A stretch of DNA of 32,000 bases. It comes from Candidatus Saccharimonadota bacterium. GTDB lineage: Bacteria; Patescibacteriota; Patescibacteriia; 2-12-FULL-60-25. This document shows, piece by piece, positions 23,931-31,908 of the stretch. The notes under the pieces were generated by a model. It had not been told where the DNA came from. It saw nothing but the letters and a program-made list of their open reading frames with translations, and searched no databases. The first letter of the stretch is position 1, and each line of letters begins with the position of its first letter. The position numbers and the translations under genes were made by a program. The stretch spans positions 390,001-422,000 of the forward strand of contig CP060222.1 in NCBI GenBank assembly GCA_023898425.1, read 5' to 3'.

Positions 23931-24860
23931 ATGACGGCCGAAACTCTTCTTTTTCTCGTAGGATCCCTGGCGTTTTCTACTGTGCAAACACAGGCACCTG
24001 AAACGGTCACTGCACGTTTGCCTATAGCAAAATATGTTTCTGTAACGGCGAATACTCCGGTAAAGCGTCGTTTAGAGTCTATTGGTGTTGATGTAACAGC
24101 AAAGAGTGCTGTTGTCGTTGATCTCGCAAGCGGCGAAGTTCTTTTTTCAAAAGATTCTGATGTTGCTTATCCTATTGCGAGTTTATCAAAACTTGTATCT
24201 ATCGTAACGCTATTGGATATGAAGGTTGACTTGGATGAAACGATCACGCTAAAAAAATCTGATGCTGGTTACGCTCGTTCGATATTTTTTGAAGGCGAGA
24301 CGTTTACACGTAGAGAGCTGATTAAAGCGATGCTCGTAGGTTCTTCTAACGAAGCAGCGAATGCTTTAGCGAGGACCTCTCCCGGAGGATATGATGCCTT
24401 TATTGCGCAAATGCGTGTAAAAGCCCGTGAGATTGGTATGCGTCGCGGTGAGTTTTATGACGCGGCTGGATTAGATCCGCGCAATAAAGCTACAGCACTT
24501 GATATTGCCTTAGCCCTCAAAAAAGCGATGTCTTATCCCGAAGTAAGAGAGGCTATGTCAATGCAGTCAGTTGAGTTAAAAAACACTATAGGGCCAAAGC
24601 CCTATAAATTGGCAGCAACGAATCTTTTATTGACTTCGGACTTAAATAAAGGCGATTACAAAATCATCGCTGCAAAAACGGGCACCTTACCTGAGGCGGG
24701 ATACTGTTTTGCGCAAGCAACAAAAGAAGGTGAAAAAACCATTATCTCCGTTGTCTTGGGTTCAGAAACGCACTTCTCACGATTTCAGGATGTGAAAGCC
24801 ATGACATACTGGACATTTGGGGCATATGAATGGCCGAAGCAGACGGTGAAACTGTATTAA
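23931..24860 (+). CDS. Serine-type D-alanyl-D-alanine carboxypeptidase (peptidase S11, PBP5/6-like)
   Basis: Signal-like N-terminus. Motifs SLSK (SxxK), SSNEAA (SxN) and KTGT (KTG). Confidence 0.88.
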   Translation: MTAETLLFLVGSLAFSTVQTQAPETVTARLPIAKYVSVTANTPVKRRLESIGVDVTAKSAVVVDLASGEVLFSKDSDVAYPIASLSKLVSIVTLLDMKVDLDETITLKKSDAGYARSIFFEGETFTRRELIKAMLVGSSNEAANALARTSPGGYDAFIAQMRVKAREIGMRRGEFYDAAGLDPRNKATALDIALALKKAMSYPEVREAMSMQSVELKNTIGPKPYKLAATNLLLTSDLNKGDYKIIAAKTGTLPEAGYCFAQATKEGEKTIISVVLGSETHFSRFQDVKAMTYWTFGAYEWPKQTVKLY

Positions 24861-24868
24861 AGAAGGAC

Positions 24869-24897
24869 TTGCCAGAAGTCTGAAAAATCGTTAGTAT
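24869..24897 (+). promoter_or_regulatory. Promoter TTGCCA-17-TAGTAT for tRNA-Met
   Basis: TTGCCA at 24869-24874, a 17-nt spacer and TAGTAT at 24892-24897. The tRNA 5' end is at 24909. Confidence 0.65.
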
Positions 24898-24908
24898 CTG
24901 GCCCACAT

Positions 24909-24985
24909 GGCGGGGTAGCTCAGCTGGTTAGAGCGTGGGACTCATAAGCCCGAGGTCGCGAGTTCGAGTCTCGCCTCCGCTACCA
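24909..24985 (+). tRNA. tRNA with CAU anticodon, elongator tRNA-Met type (tRNA-Ile2/lysidine not excluded), CCA encoded
   Basis: Acceptor GGCGGGG/CTCCGCT, D arm GCTC-AGCTGGTTA-GAGC, anticodon loop CTCATAA, T arm GCGAG-TTCGAGT-CTCGC. It resembles Bacillus elongator tRNA-Met (GGCGG.GUAGCUCAGCUGG.UAGAGCGU). It lacks the initiator pattern (no 1:72 mismatch). I note an A31.G39 mispair. Confidence 0.85.
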
Positions 24986-24990
24986 TGTCA

Positions 24991-25017
24991 AAAAACAGTC
25001 CAAAAGGACTGTTTTTG
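24991..25017 (+). terminator. Rho-independent terminator after tRNA-Met
   Basis: aaaaACAGTCC-aaaa-GGACTGTtttt. Confidence 0.8.
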
Positions 25018-25041
25018 CGTTTAACATTTTGTGATGGTAGT

Positions 25042-25521
25042 ATGGTCGCCTACGGTATGTTTATTACCACACACGCCGCCATAGGTGCGCTTATTGGGCA
25101 GAGTCTTCCAAATAATCCAGCATTGGCGTTTACGCTCGGCATGGCTTCACATTTTTTAACAGATTTAATTCCGCACGGCGACACAAATCTTTATAAGAAT
25201 TACATTGCAAAAACAAAAGCATATCGTTCGGTTGCTTATGTCGTTGTCGATTCTTTTGTTTTGCTTTTGTTTATCGCATACTTTTTTAGCTCGGATCTGA
25301 TCATTTCAAGACAGGCTGTGACGTATGGGATTATTGGTGGTGTTTTGCCTGATTTTATCGTTGGATTCTATGAGGTTTTTAAACCGCGTTGGCTAAAGTG
25401 GTTTCATCGTATTCACTTTCTTTTTCACAATCATTTTTCTGGTCATAAAGATATTCCCTTTTCGGTTGGGTTTGCATTACAGCTTATTTTTTTGATGGGG
25501 ATTCTTTCGGTCATTATTTAA
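25042..25521 (+). CDS. Small integral membrane protein with His/Asp motifs (possibly YdjM/DUF457-like metal-dependent hydrolase)
   Basis: TTHAAIGALIG...ASHFLTDLIPHGD..., about four TM segments, and ...HFLFHNHFSGH. The start was moved from the track's 24985 because that start overlaps the tRNA 3' end and its terminator. An alternative ATG is at 25057. Confidence 0.55.
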   Translation: MVAYGMFITTHAAIGALIGQSLPNNPALAFTLGMASHFLTDLIPHGDTNLYKNYIAKTKAYRSVAYVVVDSFVLLLFIAYFFSSDLIISRQAVTYGIIGGVLPDFIVGFYEVFKPRWLKWFHRIHFLFHNHFSGHKDIPFSVGFALQLIFLMGILSVII

Positions 25522-25526
25522 ACGGT

Positions 25527-25555
25527 TTGACAATAGGGCTGTTTTTTCGTATAGT
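25527..25555 (+). promoter_or_regulatory. Promoter TTGACA-17-TATAGT for initiator tRNA
   Basis: TTGACA at 25527-25532, a 17-nt spacer and TATAGT at 25550-25555. The tRNA 5' end is at 25574. Confidence 0.7.
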
Positions 25556-25573
25556 GTCGCCACAACCAATCGT

Positions 25574-25648
25574 AGCGGGGTAGAGCAGCGGCAGCTCGCC
25601 GGGCCCATAACCCGGAGGTCGCCGGTTCAAATCCGGCCCCCGCAACCA
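25574..25648 (+). tRNA. Initiator tRNA-fMet (anticodon CAU), CCA encoded
   Basis: There are three consecutive G:C pairs closing the anticodon stem (CCGGG/CCCGG). The T loop TTCAAAT and the 3' acceptor CCCCGCA-A-CCA are identical to the E. coli initiator. There is a 1:72 mismatch (A1.A72). The anticodon loop reads CCCATAA. Confidence 0.88.
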
Positions 25649-25651
25649 CGT

Positions 25652-25678
25652 AAAAGCGCAGCTAAAAGCTGCGCTTTT
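25652..25678 (+). terminator. Rho-independent terminator after tRNA-fMet
   Basis: AAAAGCGCAGC-taaaa-GCTGCGCTTTT. Confidence 0.8.
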
Positions 25679-25714
25679 ACTATGTTCACATAATGCGACA
25701 TCTACACGAAAAGC

Positions 25715-25745
25715 AAAAATCCTCAGCTAGTAGCTGAGGATTTTA
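25715..25745 (-). terminator. Rho-independent terminator after minus-strand tRNA-Leu
   Basis: AAAAATCCTCAGC-tagta-GCTGAGGATTTT. In the minus-strand sense the hairpin is followed by TTTTTGC. Confidence 0.75.
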
Positions 25746-25747
25746 CG

Positions 25748-25834
25748 TGGTGCCGCGAGAGAGAATCGAACTCTCATGACCTTGCGATCGCAGGATTTTG
25801 AGTCCTGTGCGTCTACCAATTCCGCCATCGCGGC
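25748..25834 (-). tRNA. tRNA-Leu (anticodon CAA), type II with long variable arm, CCA encoded
   Basis: The reverse complement is GCCGCGA-TG-GCG-GAATTGGTAGA-CGC-A-CAGGA-CTCAAAA-TCCTG-[CGATCGCAAGGTCAT]-GAGAG-TTCGATT-CTCTC-TCGCGGC-A-CCA. Confidence 0.9.
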
Positions 25835-25902
25835 AAACGATGCGACGTGAGGATAACGTAATTACGCATGCTTGGTCAAGCATGGTATACTGCCTACGAA
25901 CT

Positions 25903-27606
25903 ATGGACATGTTCCTTCAAATTGCGCTCGTGCTTTTTATTGCAACGGGTTTTTCGCTGCTCATGCAGGCTATCAGACAGCCTCTTATTTTAGGGCATAT
26001 CCTAACGGGTATTGTTGCCGGTCCAATGGTCTTGGGTTTTTTGCATCCAGAAGGGCCCTTTGAGCTTTTTGCAAAGCTTGGTATCACGGCGCTTTTATTT
26101 ATCGTTGGACTTTCACTGAGTCCAAAAGTAGTGCGCGAAGTTGGCGCCTCATCTGTTGTGGCGGGTCTTGGACAGATATTTTTTACAGCCAGCGTTGGGT
26201 TTTTATTGGTGCTATCTTTCGGCTGGGACCCGGTTTCTGCGATTTATATAGCACTCGCACTTACCTTTAGTAGTACAATTATCGTTTTAAAAATCCTTCA
26301 AGACAAAAAAGACATTAGTTCACTCTATGGGAGATTAGCCACTGGAACAATGCTTGTTCAGGACATCGCTGCTACTTTTATGCTTGTTGTAATGGCAGCG
26401 ATTGGCGGAGGCGTAGCAGGAAATATTGGTCCTGCATTACTTCTTGTTATCGGTAAGGGATTGTTACTTGCGGTGGGTTTGATCTTTTTCTCTCGCGTCA
26501 TCCTGCCATCAATGACAAAGCTCTTTGCTAATTCACAAGAGTTTTTATTGTTGTTCTCAGTTGCATGGGGCGTGGGTGTAGCAGTGATCTTTAAGTTGAT
26601 GGGTTTTTCGGTAGAAGTTGGTGCGCTTGTTGCCGGCGTATCACTAGCAACATCGCCATATCATTACGAAATTAGTGCAAAAATGAAGATCCTTCGAGAT
26701 TTTTTTCTCGTACTCTTTTTTGTCACGCTTGGCGCAGGTCTATCGTTTACAGGAATCTCACATCTCATCATCCCAGCGATAACATTGTCTGCCTTCGTGC
26801 TCTTCGGAAATCCAATTATCTTATTTGTCTTCTTGCGTAGACTTGGGTATGCTGCTAAACCATCTTTTCAAACAGGTCTTACCATGGCACAGGTCAGTGA
26901 GTTTTCTTTAGTGGTTATATTGCTTGCTCAAACCATGGGTCATGTTGGCGAAGATGCCGTCGCATTAGTAACCGTATGTGCGTTAGTTACTATTTCGATT
27001 TCTGCTTATTTGATGTCATTTGATGAGAAAATATTTAACTTCTTAAAGCCCGTTCTTGATCGTGGAACCAAAAAAAGCTCTACCCAAGAACCAAAATCAG
27101 AAGAAGAACATCATGAAGCGATTTTATTTGGCTGTCATAGACTTGGTGAAGATTTCTTGCCGCATATTGTTGAATTTGATGAATATCTCGTCATTGATTA
27201 TGACCCAAACACTATTGAGACCCTACAAAAGAAGGGGATTAATGCAAGGTATGGTGATGCAGAAGATAACGAATTTATCGATGATCTTAATCTTCAGAGC
27301 GCTAAACTCATTGTAACCACGTTACCTGATGTTGATTCTTCAATGTTTTTATTATCAAAATTGCGAAAAGTAAATCAAAAAGCTATTGCAATTGTCATGG
27401 CGCATTCAGCTACCGAGGCAAAGCTCCTATATGGTAAAGGAGCGAGTTACGTTATATTGCCGCACTTCTTAGGTGGTAATTATGCCTCTATTTTGCTTGA
27501 TAAATTTGGACTTAGTCAGTCTAAGTTTAGACTTGAAAAAGAAAAGCATTTGAGACATCTTGAGGATCGTTTAAAACGTTCAAATAAAGTGATGAACAAT
27601 GCATAA
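25903..27606 (+). CDS. Kef-type monovalent cation:proton antiporter (CPA2) with C-terminal RCK/TrkA-N domain
   Basis: About 12 TM segments starting MDMFLQIALVLFIATGF...ILGHILTGIVAGP. The C-terminal Rossmann-like region reads AILFGCHRLGEDF...VIDYDPNTIETLQKKGINARYGDAED. The start was moved from the track's 25798 because that stretch overlaps tRNA-Leu. TGgTATACT (25883-25891) lies 11 nt upstream of the ATG. Confidence 0.85.
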   Translation: MDMFLQIALVLFIATGFSLLMQAIRQPLILGHILTGIVAGPMVLGFLHPEGPFELFAKLGITALLFIVGLSLSPKVVREVGASSVVAGLGQIFFTASVGFLLVLSFGWDPVSAIYIALALTFSSTIIVLKILQDKKDISSLYGRLATGTMLVQDIAATFMLVVMAAIGGGVAGNIGPALLLVIGKGLLLAVGLIFFSRVILPSMTKLFANSQEFLLLFSVAWGVGVAVIFKLMGFSVEVGALVAGVSLATSPYHYEISAKMKILRDFFLVLFFVTLGAGLSFTGISHLIIPAITLSAFVLFGNPIILFVFLRRLGYAAKPSFQTGLTMAQVSEFSLVVILLAQTMGHVGEDAVALVTVCALVTISISAYLMSFDEKIFNFLKPVLDRGTKKSSTQEPKSEEEHHEAILFGCHRLGEDFLPHIVEFDEYLVIDYDPNTIETLQKKGINARYGDAEDNEFIDDLNLQSAKLIVTTLPDVDSSMFLLSKLRKVNQKAIAIVMAHSATEAKLLYGKGASYVILPHFLGGNYASILLDKFGLSQSKFRLEKEKHLRHLEDRLKRSNKVMNNA

Positions 27607-27672
27607 TATAAGATTGTTCGCTTGCGACATACTTACCCGTCAGTTAACATAATCACGATTCAACCGAGCACT

Positions 27673-28461
27673 ATGGCGCGTATTATTTCTATCGTAAATC
27701 AAAAAGGAGGGGTCGGTAAAACGACTACGGCTATTAGTGTCGGTGCCTATTTAGCAGAGATGGGCAAGTTTGTTTTAATTGTTGATTTAGACCCACAAGC
27801 AAATGCAACAAGTGGTATCGGTATTGATCATCGCAATATTGAACGTGGTGTCTATGAAGCGGTTTTAGGTGAGGTAAAGATGAAGGAGATTGTCCAACCA
27901 ACGGCACATGTAGGTCTGCATATGGCACCTGCAACAACGGCACTAGCAGGTCTTAATGTGGAGCTTGTTCAAATGGAACAACGTGAGTTTGTATTACGTA
28001 ACTCATTGCTTGAGATTCGTAATGATTATGATTTCATCTTGATTGACTGCCCTCCAACGCTTGGCTTGCTAACGCTTAATGGCATTGTCGCAGGAGACGA
28101 GGTCCTAATTCCGGTTCAAGCCGAGTATTATGCCCTTGAAGGTCTTGGACAGCTACTAGAGACGGTTCAGCTTGTTAAGCAGCATATACGCCCTGAATTA
28201 GAAATCTTAGGCGCTGTTATTACGATGTATGATCCTCGTACAAAGCTTTCAGATGATGTTTTGCACGAATTGTATAAATATTTTCCAAACAATATCTTTC
28301 GTTCGGTAATCCCTCGCAATGTTCGGCTAGCAGAAGCGCCGTCTTTTGGACGTACCATTGTGCATTTTGATGCGAGCTCTAAAGGAGCAAAAGCTTATGA
28401 ACGCCTCGCTCAAGAAATTATCGAAAGAGAAAATACTTCACTCGCATTACGCCCAGTATGA
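27673..28461 (+). CDS. parA: Chromosome partitioning ATPase ParA/Soj
   Basis: MARIISIVNQKGGVGKTTT (deviant Walker A)...LIVDLDPQANAT...ILIDCPP. I prefer the ATG at 27673 to the track's TTG at 27622. Confidence 0.93.
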   Translation: MARIISIVNQKGGVGKTTTAISVGAYLAEMGKFVLIVDLDPQANATSGIGIDHRNIERGVYEAVLGEVKMKEIVQPTAHVGLHMAPATTALAGLNVELVQMEQREFVLRNSLLEIRNDYDFILIDCPPTLGLLTLNGIVAGDEVLIPVQAEYYALEGLGQLLETVQLVKQHIRPELEILGAVITMYDPRTKLSDDVLHELYKYFPNNIFRSVIPRNVRLAEAPSFGRTIVHFDASSKGAKAYERLAQEIIERENTSLALRPV

Positions 28462-29366
28462 TCTTACAAAAACAATCCGGCCTCGGTAGAGGCCTCGGGG
28501 CAATTATCCCGCAAAAATCATCGCATCAACCAGGTACAGATGCGCCTGTAGCCCCTTCGGCACAGTCCGTGTCACCAGCCTCGGCAAATCTCCCGGATGA
28601 TATTCGTACCTATGTACTAGAGCTTCCTATTGCTTCGATTGAGCGCAATCCGCATCAACCGCGAAGACATTTTGACCATGGAGAGTTAGAGGAGCTTATT
28701 TCTAGTATTAAGGAGCATGGCGTCATGCAGCCTGTGGTTGTAACGGAGCTAGGGGATGGTAAATATCAGCTCATTGCCGGTGAAAGACGTTTAAGAGCTT
28801 CTACCATTGCTGGGTTGCAGACGATCCCTGCTATTTCACGAGAAGCAACGGAGATTCAAAAGCTTGAGCTTGCTATTATCGAAAACGTTCAACGCTCTGA
28901 TCTTAATGCCGTTGAAGAGGCTCATGCCTATCAGAGGCTGATTGATGATTTTGGGATGACGCAAGAAGAGGTTGGTAAAAAGATGGGTAAAAGCCGTCCA
29001 CAAATTGCAAATACGGTGCGCTTGCTTCAATTACCTGCTGAGATTCAACAAGCGATCGTTGATAAAAAAATTAGTCAATCAAATGCTCGTACACTGCTAT
29101 CGCTCCCGACCGATGCTGAGAGAATGAAGCTTTTCCAGACGATCGTTCACGGGCATGTTACAGTACGCGAAGCAGAAGAAGAGGTACAAAAAACACGTCA
29201 TCCCCGCGCCTTTGATGCAAATGCCTCTGCTGCCGAAGACACGCTTCGCAAGGCATATGGTGTAAAAGTATCAATCAAGAGACAGGCAACGGGCAAAGGT
29301 GAACTGAAGTTTACGTTTACCAATGACGAAGAATTTGAAGCACTCCTAGATAAGCTAAAACGATAA
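28458..29366 (+). CDS. parB: Chromosome partitioning protein ParB/Spo0J
   Basis: GLGRGLGAIIP...NPHQPRRHFD...EELISSIKEHGVMQPVVV...IAGERRLRAS...HTH (MTQEEVGKKMGKSRPQIANTVRLL). It has a 4-nt ATGA overlap with parA. Confidence 0.93.
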   Translation: MILQKQSGLGRGLGAIIPQKSSHQPGTDAPVAPSAQSVSPASANLPDDIRTYVLELPIASIERNPHQPRRHFDHGELEELISSIKEHGVMQPVVVTELGDGKYQLIAGERRLRASTIAGLQTIPAISREATEIQKLELAIIENVQRSDLNAVEEAHAYQRLIDDFGMTQEEVGKKMGKSRPQIANTVRLLQLPAEIQQAIVDKKISQSNARTLLSLPTDAERMKLFQTIVHGHVTVREAEEEVQKTRHPRAFDANASAAEDTLRKAYGVKVSIKRQATGKGELKFTFTNDEEFEALLDKLKR

Positions 29367-29397
29367 AAAACACTCACCATCTGGTGAGTGTTTTTTT
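29365..29397. terminator. Bidirectional rho-independent terminator between convergent parB and rel
   Basis: aaaaaaCACTCACC-atct-GGTGAGTGttttttt. The T-run overlaps the rel stop codon (29396-29398). Confidence 0.85.
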
Positions 29398-30907
29398 AGC
29401 TATTCGGTAAAATACCTTTTATCCAATTACCAATGCGGCTCTTAGAATACTGTCGAATCTTTGATTTTGCGTAGCGTGTTTTAACAAATTTAATCCAGTC
29501 GGGATTTGGGCCTTTGCGTGATTTATCGACGATGATGTCTACCATGTCACCATTTTTTAGTTTTTGTTCGAGCGGTGCTACATGATCATTTACCTTTGCC
29601 CCAGAACACGTATTACCAATATCCGTGTGAATAGCATAGGCAAAGTCTACGCTAGTGCTTTCTTCTGGCAAATCAATAACGTCACCTTGTGGGGTAAAGA
29701 CGAAAATTCTATCTTTAAAGATATCGATTTTTAATTCTTCAAGACCTTCGAGAAAAGCTTTTTGATCAAGCGTTTGTTGGATATCTACAAGTTCGGTAAC
29801 CCATTCTGGAGCTTTTGAATCTTTACAAAGACTTACTTTACCATTTTCATCGTAAGACCAGTGAGCTGCAATACCGTATTCATTCATGGCATGCATCTCT
29901 TTGGTGCGTATTTGAAACTCTACAATTTCACCGTCTTCACAAAATACGGTTGTATGAAGTGATCGATAACCGTTTGGTTTTGGTTGAGCGATATAGTCTT
30001 TGATACGACCTTTGAGCGGTGTCCATTTTGAGTGGATGATACCAAGCGCCGCATAACAATCAGCGAGCGAATCTACGATGACTCGTACAGCGATAAGATC
30101 ATAAATACGGGCAATGTTTCGATCGTTTTGTAAGAGTTTGCGGTATAGCGAGTAAAGATGTTTTGCGCGACCTTGGACATTTACGTCAACGCCTGATTCT
30201 TCTAAGAGTGAACGTGTTTCTTCTATAACATGATCTAGATATTCTTTCTTTTCTTCACGTCCTGTTTTAGAAAGATTTTTTACCCACTCGTATTCTTTTG
30301 GTAAAACATAGCGAAATGATGCGTCTTCTAGACGTCCCTTCATATCACCCATACCTAGACGGTTGGCGATAGGTGCAAAGATTTCTAGTGACTCAAGAGC
30401 AATACGATATTGTTTTTTTGGTGGAATGTGATCGAGGGTTTCAAGATTATGAAGACGATCGGCAAACTTAATAAAAACTACACGCACATCAGCAGCCATA
30501 GTCAAAAACATTTTGCGTAAGTTTTCGATATAGCGCTCAATTCCACGGTATTTAATTTTTCCTAATTTGGTGATTCCGCCAACCATATTGCCAACGTCTT
30601 CGCCAAATTCATTTGTGACGTCTTCGATCGTCTTTTCTGTATCTTCTGGAACGTCATGCAAGATGCCAGCCATTACGATAGGCGCTGGCATATGCATCTC
30701 TGCTAAGTAAAAAGCGGTTGCAAGAGGGTGGATGATATAGGGCTCACCTGAGGCACGCTTTTGTCCTTCGTGAGCTTCTTTTGCAAACGTATAGGCATGC
30801 TCGATAATAGAGCGGTCGGCTTTTTTATCGTATTGGCAGACCAAATCACATAACCCCTCAATGGTTTGTTGGGTTTTTGCGGTATTTGAGGGGGTTGTGT
30901 TTGGCAT
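29396..30907 (-). CDS. rel: Bifunctional (p)ppGpp synthetase/hydrolase, short Rel/SpoT homolog (HD + synthetase + TGS only)
   Basis: 503 aa from the ATG at 30907 (MPNTTPSN...), which is preceded by AGAGGT and TTCACA-17-TATAAC. Motifs: HD (ILHDVPEDT), synthetase (YIAQPKPNGYRSLHTTV, EFQIRT) and TGS (IFVFTPQGDVIDLPEESTSVDFAYAIH). The protein ends about 45 aa after the TGS domain. Confidence 0.9.
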   Translation of the reverse strand: MPNTTPSNTAKTQQTIEGLCDLVCQYDKKADRSIIEHAYTFAKEAHEGQKRASGEPYIIHPLATAFYLAEMHMPAPIVMAGILHDVPEDTEKTIEDVTNEFGEDVGNMVGGITKLGKIKYRGIERYIENLRKMFLTMAADVRVVFIKFADRLHNLETLDHIPPKKQYRIALESLEIFAPIANRLGMGDMKGRLEDASFRYVLPKEYEWVKNLSKTGREEKKEYLDHVIEETRSLLEESGVDVNVQGRAKHLYSLYRKLLQNDRNIARIYDLIAVRVIVDSLADCYAALGIIHSKWTPLKGRIKDYIAQPKPNGYRSLHTTVFCEDGEIVEFQIRTKEMHAMNEYGIAAHWSYDENGKVSLCKDSKAPEWVTELVDIQQTLDQKAFLEGLEELKIDIFKDRIFVFTPQGDVIDLPEESTSVDFAYAIHTDIGNTCSGAKVNDHVAPLEQKLKNGDMVDIIVDKSRKGPNPDWIKFVKTRYAKSKIRQYSKSRIGNWIKGILPNS

Positions 30908-30971
30908 AGGGTAGACCTCTGTTATAATCAACCTTTGCGAGTTTGTGAAGAGGGGGTAAACTGTCACCCAT

Positions 30972-31886
30972 ATGTCGAACCTTCCAGGAGCAGCAATAAA
31001 TATTCCTACAGCAGCTGTAGAAACCGGTACAAATACCGAATCTAGCTCTTCGGGCATTGAAAAAAGTGTTGAAGCAGCCATTTCTAATGGTAATGCGCCA
31101 GCGTTAGTCCAAGCCGGAACACAACTTACACAAGCGACCACGCAAACAATCCAAGCCATTGCTACCGCTGACCCAAATGAAGCAAATTTGCCAGAACAGG
31201 GGGTTATTGGCGCTATTGCTACTCAAGCAAACGGTTTAGCGCAAGAAGCTCATAGAGCCTATGTAAACAGCATAAATGAGATTCTTCAGTCACAGGTAGA
31301 AGAGGCGCAAGCTCCATTAGCCGAAACAGTGATGGAAGAACCGATTACTCCCGTTGCAGAAGTCATGCCTGGATTTGAACCAAGACCAGCGCCAACTAGT
31401 GATGTACCATCAGCTGCAGAACCGGCCGCTCCTGAAAAAACAGAAATAATTAAACCTCCATCCGTAGAGGTACAGTTTGTTGCCATTGCTGCGCAAGTAT
31501 ATCTCGATGAAAGAGTAGAAACAGAAAAAATCCTAACAGCAAGTCAATCAAATTACGAAGGTCACTCTATTCGTACAGCTGTTCCGTATTATGAAGCCGT
31601 TTTAGCGCAAGATCCTTCAGATCAACAGTGGAAGGCATTTGTCGCAGCACTTAAACTCGAATCAACGTTTTATGAGACAAAGTTACAACGAGCAAATGTA
31701 GCTCTAGAAATTAATGAGCTTCAAAACCAGATAGAGGACAATCGTAAGCACAATATTTTACCTACAGCAGAACAAGCGGAGAACTTAAAGCACTTACAGC
31801 AGCAATTTGAGCAATTAAATAAAGAGGTGTCTCATTTAGAACAAGAAAAGACACACGCTGAAGAACAATATCAATCAACACAATAA
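30972..31886 (+). CDS. Hypothetical protein: Ala/Thr/Gln/Pro-rich low-complexity N-half, coiled-coil-like C-terminus
   Basis: 304 aa. The C-terminal ELQNQIEDNRKHN...LKHLQQQFEQLNKEVSHLEQEKTHAEEQYQ has heptad character. It is divergent from rel and has its own terminator. I do not recognise a family. Confidence 0.5.
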   Translation: MSNLPGAAINIPTAAVETGTNTESSSSGIEKSVEAAISNGNAPALVQAGTQLTQATTQTIQAIATADPNEANLPEQGVIGAIATQANGLAQEAHRAYVNSINEILQSQVEEAQAPLAETVMEEPITPVAEVMPGFEPRPAPTSDVPSAAEPAAPEKTEIIKPPSVEVQFVAIAAQVYLDERVETEKILTASQSNYEGHSIRTAVPYYEAVLAQDPSDQQWKAFVAALKLESTFYETKLQRANVALEINELQNQIEDNRKHNILPTAEQAENLKHLQQQFEQLNKEVSHLEQEKTHAEEQYQSTQ

Positions 31887-31908
31887 CCCCGCTAGGGGTT
31901 ATTTTTTT
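31885..31908. terminator. Bidirectional hairpin terminator
   Basis: AACCCC-gcta-GGGGTT followed by ATTTTTTT. It overlaps the stop codons of both convergent genes. Confidence 0.75.

Noticed and set aside
24985-25041. The ORF-track start of the small membrane protein at 24985
   Set aside because: That ATG overlaps the CCA end of tRNA-Met, and the next 30 nt form the tRNA terminator hairpin. Translation through a terminator stem placed before the gene's own promoter context is implausible, so I used the internal ATG at 25042.
25798-25902. A 35-codon N-terminal extension of the antiporter ORF
   Set aside because: It overlaps the minus-strand tRNA-Leu (25748-25834) and its promoter region. The membrane protein begins naturally at MDMFLQIALV (25903), behind an extended -10.
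30908-31159. An 84-codon N-terminal extension of the Rel ORF (track start at 31159)
   Set aside because: The extension (MAWIVCVVACVSC...) is not RSH-like and overlaps the divergent 30972-31886 gene. A promoter (TTCACA-17-TATAAC) and an SD (AGAGGT) sit directly upstream of the internal ATG at 30907, where homology to Rel N-termini begins.
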